Source of the DNA: a virus
Taxonomy: Duplodnaviria; Caudoviricetes
Length of the DNA stretch: 64,000 nucleotides
IMG/VR virus record: IMGVR_UViG_3300028392_002123
Reading direction: 5' to 3' (one strand)
Made by a program: the position numbers and the translations under genes. Below the pieces are notes generated by a model. It ran no database searches. It was given only the letters and a program-made list of their open reading frames with translations, and had not been told where the DNA came from. This document shows, piece after piece, positions 29,601 to 38,104 of this stretch (within the stretch, counting starts at the first letter, position 1; each line of letters starts with the position of its first letter).

Positions 29601-29882
29601 ATGTCAGATGTATTCAAGATTATCGGTGATCTAGGATTTCCTGTAGCTGCCGCACTGGCCGGCGGCTACTTTGTATATCTAACTATTAAACTGTTACTAC
29701 AAGGTGTATTAGGTAGTATCAAAGGTATGGCTGGTATTATTACAGCCCTTGACAATCGTGTAAAAACTATGAACCACGACGTGATTCGTATTGATACTAT
29801 TGTATCCAACGCACTGGGCTTGAGACCCGATGTAGACCGTATTGCTCGAGCAGACGGCAAAAATGATGCAAGGCGTGACTAA
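29601..29882 (+). CDS. Holin-like membrane protein
   Basis: Directly after the endolysin; GFP-containing TM segment plus charged C-terminus. Confidence 0.5.
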   Translation: MSDVFKIIGDLGFPVAAALAGGYFVYLTIKLLLQGVLGSIKGMAGIITALDNRVKTMNHDVIRIDTIVSNALGLRPDVDRIARADGKNDARRD

Positions 29883-30097
29883 TGGAATATACTATTACAA
29901 TTAATCTAGTCTACGTATTATGGGCATTGGCTGTAGTCATATTATTTTATATCTATATAAACGACAACAGCGACGATCGCCTAACTCAAATGCGTCATGA
30001 CGTTGAAATGAGAAAAGAATGGTTTGGCATGTTAGCTGAACAGAATAAACAAAAGGCCAAGAAGGCAAGTTGGAATAATACTTATAGACGATCATGA
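29882..30097 (+). CDS. Small membrane protein
   Basis: N-terminal TM, basic tail. Confidence 0.5.
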   Translation: MEYTITINLVYVLWALAVVILFYIYINDNSDDRLTQMRHDVEMRKEWFGMLAEQNKQKAKKASWNNTYRRS

Positions 30098-30315
30098 AAC
30101 AATACTATGTTTTAACACAGAATCCAGAATTTTTATCTGTACTTAAATTTATTAAAGAACATAAACTAGAATTTGAAGCACATATAAATCGAACAAGATT
30201 TTGGATATCTAATAAAGAAGTAGAATTGATGTTGTTATTAAAATGGGGTAATAATGTTGGAGAAGTATCTCCAAACGAAGACCTTGTTACTGGATATGGA
30301 TATATCGAACTATGA
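30094..30315 (+). CDS. Hypothetical protein
   Basis: 73 aa operonic ORF. Confidence 0.55.
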   Translation: MKQYYVLTQNPEFLSVLKFIKEHKLEFEAHINRTRFWISNKEVELMLLLKWGNNVGEVSPNEDLVTGYGYIEL

Positions 30316-30494
30316 ATAAAATGATTGTAGAAGAAACAACAGAACAAAATTCCGAGCAGTGGATATGGAGCAACAAAGATCTACGTAAACATTGTATGGT
30401 TGCATTTGGTTTTGGAATTTTTGTAGGCACATTAATTGGCTACGAATGGGCATGGCGCCCTGTTGTAGACTGTGCAAGGTACTTGGTGGGATGA
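30312..30494 (+). CDS. Small membrane protein
   Basis: One hydrophobic segment; operonic. Confidence 0.5.
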   Translation: MNKMIVEETTEQNSEQWIWSNKDLRKHCMVAFGFGIFVGTLIGYEWAWRPVVDCARYLVG

Positions 30495-30497
30495 TAC

Positions 30498-30680
30498 ATG
30501 ATACACTACGACTACATCTGGGATCTATATCCAAACTATATGTTATTAGATGAAGAATTAAACATTGGCGGCCTGGGATGGAAAGAAGGCGATTACTTTA
30601 AAATTGAAAAGGTAAATGGTCGTATGATGCTACGTAAAGTAGAAAAAATTGAAGCATTCTTAATATGCGGGAATGAATAA
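30498..30680 (+). CDS. AbrB/MazE-like small DNA-binding protein (tentative)
   Basis: LGWKEGDYFKI...NG.MMLRKV pattern. Confidence 0.4.
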   Translation: MIHYDYIWDLYPNYMLLDEELNIGGLGWKEGDYFKIEKVNGRMMLRKVEKIEAFLICGNE

Positions 30681-30692
30681 AGGTGTAGGGTA

Positions 30693-31466
30693 ATGGATCC
30701 AATTACCCTATTCGCCATGGCTAATACTGCTGTAGCGGCAGTAAAAAAAGGATGCCAATTATACAAAGATATCAAAGGTGCTGCCGGAGATGTTAAGGCC
30801 GTACTCAAAGACCTTGACGAACAGTTTCATAACAATCATAAAGACAAGCCTGCCACAGTTACGCAACGCAACGCTTACATAGAAGAAAAAAATCGTGTAA
30901 TAGAACTAAACAAACGTGGCGGCGAAACAGCAGGCATCTATACAGAAATAGGTGAACATCTAGGCACATACTACGATAACTTAAACAAGTGTATGGCTAT
31001 TTTTGAAGAAGAAGAACGTCGAAGTCGAACTGAAGTATACACCGGTGATGCTAGCCTAGGCAAACGGGCACTACAACGTGTTCTAATGAAAAAACAATTA
31101 GAACAAATGGGTACCGAGCTACGTGAACTAATGATTTATCAAAGTCCGCCTGAACTAGGTGCGCTGTATACTGAAGTCGAAGAGATGATGAAAATCATGG
31201 GTAAGGAACAAAAAACTTTACTAACTAGACAAATACAAAAACAGGCTGTACAAGACGCAAGACATGCGGCACGTATGAAAAAGCTAAGAGATGAAGCCAT
31301 ATATGGTATTTGTATTTTAATAATAATATTGGCCATGGGCGGTATGTTTATGTGGGTGGCATATGATCGTCAACAAAAATATCCTCAATATGGAGATGAG
31401 TTGTTCCCAAAAAGTGAAAAACAGCGACGATTAGAAGCTCAACCTCAGATCTATGTGGGCAGGTAA
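30693..31466 (+). CDS. Hypothetical coiled-coil protein with C-terminal TM
   Basis: 257 aa ORF beginning MDPITLFAMANTAVAAVKKG. Confidence 0.65.
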   Translation: MDPITLFAMANTAVAAVKKGCQLYKDIKGAAGDVKAVLKDLDEQFHNNHKDKPATVTQRNAYIEEKNRVIELNKRGGETAGIYTEIGEHLGTYYDNLNKCMAIFEEEERRSRTEVYTGDASLGKRALQRVLMKKQLEQMGTELRELMIYQSPPELGALYTEVEEMMKIMGKEQKTLLTRQIQKQAVQDARHAARMKKLRDEAIYGICILIIILAMGGMFMWVAYDRQQKYPQYGDELFPKSEKQRRLEAQPQIYVGR

Positions 31467-31485
31467 ATAAAAAGAGGAGCAAATA

Positions 31486-31830
31486 ATGGATGTAGTAGAA
31501 CTAGTAAACAAATATGGATTTCCAATAGTCATGGCTGTTGGCATGGGATTTATTATCAAATACGTGTGGGAATGGGCCACCAAAGAAGTCAAGCCAGTGA
31601 TCAGTGATGCCAATACTGTGCTTATTGCTCTAATCGATCGTATCCGTATGCTGGACAATGATTTAATTCGACTAAATCAAAAGGTTAATACTGTGTTAAC
31701 TATTCGTGGCAAGATGATTGAAAGTGATCGTGTTATGGAAACTGCTATTGTAGAAGCACAGGCCAATGTCAAGTTTCACGACGCCATGGATGAAGCTGAT
31801 AATATCAGCAATAAAAATAAAAAATCTTAA
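31486..31830 (+). CDS. Holin-like membrane protein, paralog of 29601-29882
   Basis: Shared GFP...G.F..(TM)...AL..R...(N/D)D.IR pattern; AGGAG SD. Confidence 0.5.
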   Translation: MDVVELVNKYGFPIVMAVGMGFIIKYVWEWATKEVKPVISDANTVLIALIDRIRMLDNDLIRLNQKVNTVLTIRGKMIESDRVMETAIVEAQANVKFHDAMDEADNISNKNKKS

Positions 31831-32606
31831 AGTTTTTTAAGAATAGGTACAATCCACTTAGCAACATCAAATTCATACCATGCGTGACTGTCATGTTCCC
31901 GACTGGGAAATGCATGATGATTATTGTGTAATGCTCCTGATCCCTGCCAGGTTATCCAACTATACCATGTGATATTTCTGCTGTTATCTTTGGTGTCAAA
32001 TCTACGTGTACCCCATAGGTGTCCGGCACTATTAGTAAATCCTGATAGTATCATACCTAGACTAGATCCCAGTGCTAAAAATAACGGAATGTGCCAATCT
32101 ATTAAAGCTGGCAAAATCATTCCTATATACCATATTTTAATACTATGGATTTCTAAAAATTTATAATAAGGAACCATCCATAACTTTTTTGCCAAAGACA
32201 CTGACATATTAGGAGTTTCTTTTTCTAATTGCCAACCCATGAAGGCATGCCAAAATCCATTTTGTACTGGACTATGCGGATCTCTAGGCTTGTCAGCATG
32301 GCCATGATGAGTTAAATGATATATGCGCCAAGCAATAGGAGTTCCAAATGCACCTAACATGGGCAATACTGCTCCTACCTTCGCCACGGTAGGTCTACAT
32401 TTAAATGCTTCGTGTGCAAAATATCTATGTAAGAAAATACCTTCACCTACCACATAATAAAAGAACCAAGAAAATGCTGTAAAGTAGAGCCAATAAAAAT
32501 TTGTTTCCGTACATAAAACAACTATAGCTATGGCCGCTAGCACATACTGAACAACAATAGTTTTAAGTGTATAATTTCTAAATGTATTCATTATTTTTGT
32601 TTTCAA
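31827..32606 (-). CDS. Membrane fatty-acid desaturase (delta-9-like)
   Basis: His boxes HRYFAH, HLTHH, HNNHH; D.RDPHSP. Confidence 0.88.
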   Translation of the reverse strand: MKTKIMNTFRNYTLKTIVVQYVLAAIAIVVLCTETNFYWLYFTAFSWFFYYVVGEGIFLHRYFAHEAFKCRPTVAKVGAVLPMLGAFGTPIAWRIYHLTHHGHADKPRDPHSPVQNGFWHAFMGWQLEKETPNMSVSLAKKLWMVPYYKFLEIHSIKIWYIGMILPALIDWHIPLFLALGSSLGMILSGFTNSAGHLWGTRRFDTKDNSRNITWYSWITWQGSGALHNNHHAFPSREHDSHAWYEFDVAKWIVPILKKL

Positions 32607-33342
32607 ATAGTTTTGTATATATCAAATATACATAGTCTTTATTAAATTTAGAATCGCTGCCATAATTTAAATCATAGGGCCTATCATGATGATTTTTATG
32701 CAGGCCTTCACCTGCTCCACCCATTAGTAGACTCATCCAAACAGAAATATTAACTGGGCCTGAGCCATTTTTTCCACCATGCGACCAATAGTTAAAAGAT
32801 GTAACTGCTATCAAGTATCTAAGATTTAATAAAGAAAAACTTAGAAAAAACAAATCAGTGTCTATTAGATAAAATACTGCTAAATTTGCAAACCATAGAA
32901 GATAAAAATGTTTTTGTACAAACATAACATCTTTATTTTTAAACACATCACTGAGTGGTACTCTAATATTCTCAGGTACATTAAAGTTACCAATTAAACA
33001 ATTCCAAAATCCCAATTTGGGATTATGCGGATCTTGGTCTGAATCAGGATGTTTATGATGCAGTCTATGTCCCGCTACATATTCTACAGGTTTAACTAAT
33101 GCGGTGCAGACTACGCACCACAGCATGAATATACCAACAGGTCTGCTGGGACTGACTAATTTATGTGCCAGCCAACGATGATAAGCAAAGTTGGCAATTT
33201 TAGTTATAATATCAAATACTAAAAATACAACAACGGCCTTTAGTACGGTTCCACCATTGTCGAAATATACAAAAAGGCCGATGAAGGACAACAAACATAA
33301 AATTAAAAATTTAAATATTTGTTGTTGTTTGATAGTAAACAT
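32578..33342 (-). CDS. Membrane fatty-acid desaturase (delta-9-like)
   Basis: His boxes HRWLAH, HRLHHKH, HKNHH; DSDQDPHNP. Confidence 0.88.
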   Translation of the reverse strand: MFTIKQQQIFKFLILCLLSFIGLFVYFDNGGTVLKAVVVFLVFDIITKIANFAYHRWLAHKLVSPSRPVGIFMLWCVVCTALVKPVEYVAGHRLHHKHPDSDQDPHNPKLGFWNCLIGNFNVPENIRVPLSDVFKNKDVMFVQKHFYLLWFANLAVFYLIDTDLFFLSFSLLNLRYLIAVTSFNYWSHGGKNGSGPVNISVWMSLLMGGAGEGLHKNHHDRPYDLNYGSDSKFNKDYVYLIYTKLFENKNNEYI

Positions 33343-33848
33343 TAACTGAGAAGATCTTCATTCCACTCACGATGCCCTTCTCTGAAGGCCATGTTGCTTT
33401 GAGTTTCACGTACTTCAACCCTGTAGCACCATAAACGTTCTGCTTCGCCTGGGCCCCACATTTCGGGAATATATACGCCATTAACATATTTATACAACAT
33501 GTCGCTGAGACCTTCACAGCCTAGTTTAGGTAGTACGACAATCTTAGCCATTTTCTTTTCTTGTAACAGTTTGTATGTCTCCATCTCTGGATCATCTTGT
33601 GCCACAATTAAAGTGTGATCGAATTGATCTTCTAAGATCTTTTTAAGTTCTTTTAGGCCTCCATAATCAGCCGCCCAGTTACGAACGTCCAAGTTATTGG
33701 TACCGAAATAAAACTTCATTGAAAAACTGTAACCATGTATTAGATTACAGTGACTATCAGCCCGCCATTGCCTGTAGGCGCAGGGAAATGCATCGTGATA
33801 TTCTTTTGTTGATGTATACTTGTAGTATACTGGTTGAAAATTTGCCAT
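33342..33848 (-). CDS. queD: 6-pyruvoyl-tetrahydropterin synthase / QueD-like protein
   Basis: AYRQWRADSHCNLIHGYS, DYGGLKELK..LEDQFDHT, VEVRET..N.A. Confidence 0.82.
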   Translation of the reverse strand: MANFQPVYYKYTSTKEYHDAFPCAYRQWRADSHCNLIHGYSFSMKFYFGTNNLDVRNWAADYGGLKELKKILEDQFDHTLIVAQDDPEMETYKLLQEKKMAKIVVLPKLGCEGLSDMLYKYVNGVYIPEMWGPGEAERLWCYRVEVRETQSNMAFREGHREWNEDLLS

Positions 33849-33920
33849 TGTTATCTCCTTTAGATTAGCAATGACACGCAGAGTATTTAAAGAGGGATGA
33901 GCGTCGTAAAAGTCCTCTAT
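33849..33920 (-). ncRNA. Candidate structured 5' leader (possible riboswitch) of the queD-like gene
   Basis: AGAGG/CCUCU stem at the predicted transcript start; loop ACGC complementary to downstream GCGU; AAAGGAG SD follows. Confidence 0.45.
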
Positions 33921-33926
33921 CTTGCG

Positions 33927-33956
33927 ATTATATACTTATCTCTGTGTGTCTGTCAA
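33927..33956 (-). promoter_or_regulatory. sigma70 promoter TTGACA-N18-TATAAT
   Basis: Perfect hexamers read directly. Confidence 0.8.
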
Positions 33957-33957
33957 G

Positions 33958-34797
33958 TTAAGGTCTACCGATAAGCATAAACCTTTTGTATCCTTTTAAT
34001 TGAAGTTCACCTTCATATAAAACTTCTTTCATTGGGAATTTCTTCTTCATATGATCAACTGTGTGTACACAATTAATATGTTCATCGATGTCAAATAAAT
34101 TATTACTTTGTATAACTACGATGGGATCGGATTCAAGTTCTTTGAAACGTATTTGATTGTACCAGCTATCATCCATGTGTTCTGCACTGGTGTTAATGAT
34201 CAAGTTGGGAAGGAATTTTTCTTCAAAAACTTTTTCCTTTTTAAAATCTTCCACGGGCAAGACATATCCTGTTTTTTGTAAGATAATATCGTTTAAGTCA
34301 GTGCAGACACTTTTGACCTTAAAGTCTGTGAGTTTGTCTAAATTAAAAATATTATCTGAAAAGGTACATGCAGTTCTATCCATGTCGACTATTCTAATTT
34401 TATTATAATCAAATTTAAAATAATCCACTAACTGTCCGAACCAGCCGGCCAATATCAATACGTTTGGTTTATCAAGATTAATTTTACTAAGTTCTGTTGA
34501 TAACCAAATTTTACTTTGTACTTGACCTCGGCTATATGCATCACACAATACTGCACCATCTCCTTGATATCTAAAATATTTGTGAAAGATATCAAGGTGT
34601 TTGTTTGGTGCAAATTTTCTAACAGTACCGATAAACTCTTCCGCACTTCCATCAGATTCTGATTTAATTGTTGGATTATTTGCATAGAGAAGTTTAAGCA
34701 CAAAAAGTATATAATTCCTGGCTTGGTCTTCTTGCATAAAACCAAAGTATTCTTCTAGTCCGTGTAACCAATGTAAAGATCCAGTGCCCGATTCCAT
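33958..34797 (-). CDS. Putative class I SAM-dependent methyltransferase-like protein
   Basis: VLILAGWFG motif I-like segment, IRIVDMD acidic strand end, LIINTSAEHM. Confidence 0.5.
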   Translation of the reverse strand: MESGTGSLHWLHGLEEYFGFMQEDQARNYILFVLKLLYANNPTIKSESDGSAEEFIGTVRKFAPNKHLDIFHKYFRYQGDGAVLCDAYSRGQVQSKIWLSTELSKINLDKPNVLILAGWFGQLVDYFKFDYNKIRIVDMDRTACTFSDNIFNLDKLTDFKVKSVCTDLNDIILQKTGYVLPVEDFKKEKVFEEKFLPNLIINTSAEHMDDSWYNQIRFKELESDPIVVIQSNNLFDIDEHINCVHTVDHMKKKFPMKEVLYEGELQLKGYKRFMLIGRP

Positions 34798-35363
34798 TAT
34801 TTTCTTTCAGGGTATTTTGTCATATTTAGATTCCTGAAACAACTTTGTAGTGCCACAATCTGACTCCAGCAGTCCCAAGCGGCATGATGCAGTCTAGGAT
34901 TAGGACGTTCATGTTCGATCAAGCCATATACTGTTCTAGCGTCTCGAACTTGCCAATACTTCCAAGGAAATCCTCTGCCCAAATGTTTGCACACTTGTTC
35001 AAGAATAACAATATCAAATGCAGGACCGTTGGCCCACATGTTATCAAAACTTTTACACCATCTATGAAAGTCTAGCATTACCTGTTGAATAGGGTGTCTG
35101 TCATCATCTGTAAATGCTTCAAATTGAACTTCGGGTTTTTGTTGTCCCCACCAAGCCAAAGTGTTATCATCTATATGTGCTTCGGGCCATGTAAAACTAG
35201 CAGGGTCAATTCTACGATAAAATGTATCCATGAGGATCTTATCGCCTTCGTAACTTTCCCTGTCATCACCAAACGGGTCGAAACGAATAGCACCAATGGT
35301 AATTACCACGCTGTTAGGCGTAGTTGCCAATGTTTCGATGTCCAACATGATATCATTGGCCAT
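34797..35363 (-). CDS. DEDDh 3'-5' exoribonuclease (Rv2179c-like)
   Basis: MLDIETLA, IGAIRFDP, WANGPAFDIVIL, WQVRDART, HHAAWD. Confidence 0.8.
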   Translation of the reverse strand: MANDIMLDIETLATTPNSVVITIGAIRFDPFGDDRESYEGDKILMDTFYRRIDPASFTWPEAHIDDNTLAWWGQQKPEVQFEAFTDDDRHPIQQVMLDFHRWCKSFDNMWANGPAFDIVILEQVCKHLGRGFPWKYWQVRDARTVYGLIEHERPNPRLHHAAWDCWSQIVALQSCFRNLNMTKYPERK

Positions 35364-35532
35364 TGCTGTCTTTCTTTTTCAGTGACCAAGTGCCGTCTTT
35401 GTTATCAGTCCATTCTAATACATCGCCCTCTTGCCAACCTGCTTCTTCGAGCATATCTGGGGGAAATGTCAAAATACAGTCTCCGGTTGCAGGGTCTTCT
35501 TCTACATTCAATATCCACGATTTATTCGTCAT
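35353..35532 (-). CDS. AbrB/MazE-like small protein
   Basis: Hand-translated 59 aa: ...GDCILTFPPDMLEEAGWQEGDVLEWTDNKDGTWSLKK. Confidence 0.55.
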   Translation of the reverse strand: MTNKSWILNVEEDPATGDCILTFPPDMLEEAGWQEGDVLEWTDNKDGTWSLKKKDSNGQ

Positions 35533-36034
35533 GTTTGATTACCTCTACTCCACTTTTTTTAAGGAATTTGATACCACTATCATCTCTATAGTCTTCACTA
35601 TAAAATACACGGCTAATACCTGACTGAAAAATAAGTTTACTGCATTCCATACAAGGAGCGTGAGTAACAAATAAATCAGCGCCAAGACCACTGTCATTAG
35701 ACTTCGCCAATTTTGCAATAGCATTTGATTCTGCATGTAATACTTCTGGTTTAGTTTTTAACCCGTAACGAACATTTCGCTGTGCTGTTTCATGCCAACC
35801 TTCAAAAGGATACTGTGTATCAAATTCGTCGGGATCTAACCAGCCTCCGGCACCTTTATCCCAGACTTTATCTTCACAGTTATTTTCCCAGCCTGCAGGC
35901 ATGCCATTGTAGCCCATGCTGATAACTCTGTCGTCTTTGACAATGACTGCGCCCACTTGTAGTCTACGAGCATGACTCATTTTAGCTACTTCGTGGGCAA
36001 TATTGTTATATAGTTTTTGGAATTTAGGCTTCAT
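35522..36034 (-). CDS. dCMP deaminase
   Basis: QVGAVIVKD.RVISMGYNGMP, LHAESNAI, THAPCMECSK. Confidence 0.92.
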   Translation of the reverse strand: MKPKFQKLYNNIAHEVAKMSHARRLQVGAVIVKDDRVISMGYNGMPAGWENNCEDKVWDKGAGGWLDPDEFDTQYPFEGWHETAQRNVRYGLKTKPEVLHAESNAIAKLAKSNDSGLGADLFVTHAPCMECSKLIFQSGISRVFYSEDYRDDSGIKFLKKSGVEVIKHDE

Positions 36035-36040
36035 AGCAAG

Positions 36041-36069
36041 ATTGTACTATAAAGCCTTGACGTTGTCAA
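36041..36069 (-). promoter_or_regulatory. sigma70 promoter TTGACA-N17-TACAAT, 6 nt before the dCMP deaminase ATG
   Basis: Read directly; no SD. Confidence 0.8.
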
Positions 36070-36072
36070 TAC

Positions 36073-36696
36073 TTACTTAACCAAAGTAACAAGTATGCCA
36101 ACCGGTGTAGTTATAGGATCGCAGTCTACACCAAAATTTTCTTTTACCCAATGATTGGTAAAATGGTTCCATGTGCAATCATATTTGGTACTGAACTGCA
36201 ATAGCTTTTTGTTTTGTTGAATTACTTCAGTGAAGATTGTTGTATGATCTTCAAAGGCGTCATAGCGAGGATACTCGATGCTAAAGCCGCCAACTTGATG
36301 CCACCAAGCAAAGCTGTCTAAGTCCGGACGATAGATCATCATGATCCATGCATCTGGATATTGAGCCTTAATAGCATCTAAGTGATAGGCCCACTCATGA
36401 CTTTTAATAAACTGTGTGCCTTCTTTTACTGGCCATGGTGCATCTACGTTGGTTTGATCTAATTCTGCTGGATATTCCATGCCCCGACCAAAGTAAGTAC
36501 CTGTGTGTCCAGTAAATTTAATTTTATCCGGATTACGTTCTGCATCAATACTTTCCAAATGAGTATTATGCCATTCTCTTTCTTCTTTACGGTCACTGAT
36601 GTTAGCACCTGGCATAGTTTCTAACATTTGAATAATGTAACTCCAGCGACTGCCTATACCTCCGGTACAGAATATTCTTTGAGGTAATTTGCTCAT
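36073..36696 (-). CDS. Hypothetical protein, possibly sulfotransferase-fold
   Basis: N-terminal IFCTGGIGSRWS loop and IKSH / MIYRPD segments loosely resemble P-loop sulfotransferases. Confidence 0.35.
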   Translation of the reverse strand: MSKLPQRIFCTGGIGSRWSYIIQMLETMPGANISDRKEEREWHNTHLESIDAERNPDKIKFTGHTGTYFGRGMEYPAELDQTNVDAPWPVKEGTQFIKSHEWAYHLDAIKAQYPDAWIMMIYRPDLDSFAWWHQVGGFSIEYPRYDAFEDHTTIFTEVIQQNKKLLQFSTKYDCTWNHFTNHWVKENFGVDCDPITTPVGILVTLVK

Positions 36697-36697
36697 T

Positions 36698-37573
36698 TTA
36701 TTTCCTAGTTAATTTTTGTTCTGCTAAAATTTGAAACTGCTCGAACTCGTCGGGTTTCATAAAAACAGTATGTTCTGTACCAGGGTAAGCACGATTAACA
36801 ACATCATCTATATATTGCTCATAACCCTTTTCTATAATAGGTACTAAGTCTACGTAGACTTTGCTGTGACGAGGTGTATGTTTTTCATACATCTTAAATA
36901 AGTCTGCTCCAATAATATGCACACCGTCGCCTCGGTTACCCGATCCCAAACTAATAATAGGGATAGGTAGTTTTTCTTGTAGGTACTCGACAACTTCGGA
37001 TGTAACAACTTCTGCCATGATACTAAAACAGCCTGCTTCATAAAAAGCCAACGCATCATCTAGCAATGACATTGCATCAACTGCGGTTTTTCCCTGAGCT
37101 TTAAAACCACTTTGTTGTGCATTACGCATTGGACAAATTCCAATATGTCCTTGCACTGGAATACCAGCACGTATAATTGCCTGTATATTTTTAGCGTGAT
37201 ACTGATTGCCTTCACACTTCATTACTTCTGCGCCGCCACGAGCAACGTACATAGCGGCATTTTCAATAGCCTGTGCTTCGCTGTAGTGATAACTCATGTA
37301 AGGCATGTCTACCATGCGTAGGCCATATTGACTGCCACGCTTGACAGCCTGCGCCATGAACATGACTTCTTCGAAGGTCACAGTTGTTGTGCTTTCGTGT
37401 CCAAATAATACCATACCGCCAGTATCACTGACACAGAGAATATCTATGCCCAAACGATCTGCAATGATAGCATTTTCGTAGTCATAAACAGCCAGTTGAG
37501 TTATCGGCTGTTTATTTTTCTTCTTAGCAAGTAATCGATCTATTGTTACTTTTTTTCTAGTTTCGGTGTTCAT
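36698..37573 (-). CDS. panB: 3-methyl-2-oxobutanoate hydroxymethyltransferase
   Basis: AVYDY, IDILCVSD..GMV, VDMPYMSY, KCEG, GIPVQGHIG..P, FKAQGKT, EAGCFSI..E.V. Confidence 0.9.
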   Translation of the reverse strand: MNTETRKKVTIDRLLAKKKNKQPITQLAVYDYENAIIADRLGIDILCVSDTGGMVLFGHESTTTVTFEEVMFMAQAVKRGSQYGLRMVDMPYMSYHYSEAQAIENAAMYVARGGAEVMKCEGNQYHAKNIQAIIRAGIPVQGHIGICPMRNAQQSGFKAQGKTAVDAMSLLDDALAFYEAGCFSIMAEVVTSEVVEYLQEKLPIPIISLGSGNRGDGVHIIGADLFKMYEKHTPRHSKVYVDLVPIIEKGYEQYIDDVVNRAYPGTEHTVFMKPDEFEQFQILAEQKLTRK

Positions 37574-37574
37574 T

Positions 37575-38081
37575 TTAACCTTTGAGATAGTCTAGAACGT
37601 CTTCTGGTTTAGTCACGTTGATTTCGGAAAAATCATCTAACGCAAAGTATTCTATGACGCCATTATTTACAACAGCGGACCATCTTTGACTACGCACTCC
37701 TAGACCTTGATAAGTGAAGTCATAGTCTAGACGTGCATTTCTTATAAAGAAACCATCTCCGTCTGCCAAAATAATCAAATCATTGGTGTTTGTTGTTGCT
37801 AAGATTTTCTTTTCAAATTCTTTACAAACAAAAAAGTCTTGGGCATAAATTGCATAAACATGATCAACATACTCCAGCATTTCTTTAGTCATGTTAGCAT
37901 ACATGATAGCCTGTTCGGTGTCCAGTCTACTAAACGGTGCCGGTCCTCCAAAAAATACAACTCGACTATTATCTGTGATATCTTTTAATTTAAGACTGAC
38001 AGCAACACCATCCGAGTTGATCCTATATACTACACCCAAATCTAAGCTTTCGCCGATTTTGGGAAGATTGTCGATATCCAT
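37575..38081 (-). CDS. Peroxiredoxin-5/redoxin-like protein lacking the peroxidatic Cys
   Basis: VVFFGGPAPFSRLD in place of PGAFTPTC; ADGDG.F, GLGVRSQRW..VVNNGVIE. Confidence 0.7.
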   Translation of the reverse strand: MDIDNLPKIGESLDLGVVYRINSDGVAVSLKLKDITDNSRVVFFGGPAPFSRLDTEQAIMYANMTKEMLEYVDHVYAIYAQDFFVCKEFEKKILATTNTNDLIILADGDGFFIRNARLDYDFTYQGLGVRSQRWSAVVNNGVIEYFALDDFSEINVTKPEDVLDYLKG

Positions 38082-38104
38082 ATATTATCTCCTATAGGAT
38101 ATAT

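Noticed and set aside
37575-38081. Selenocysteine or frameshift explaining the missing peroxiredoxin Cys
   Set aside because: The ORF is continuous with a normal Asp codon at that position and no in-frame TGA.
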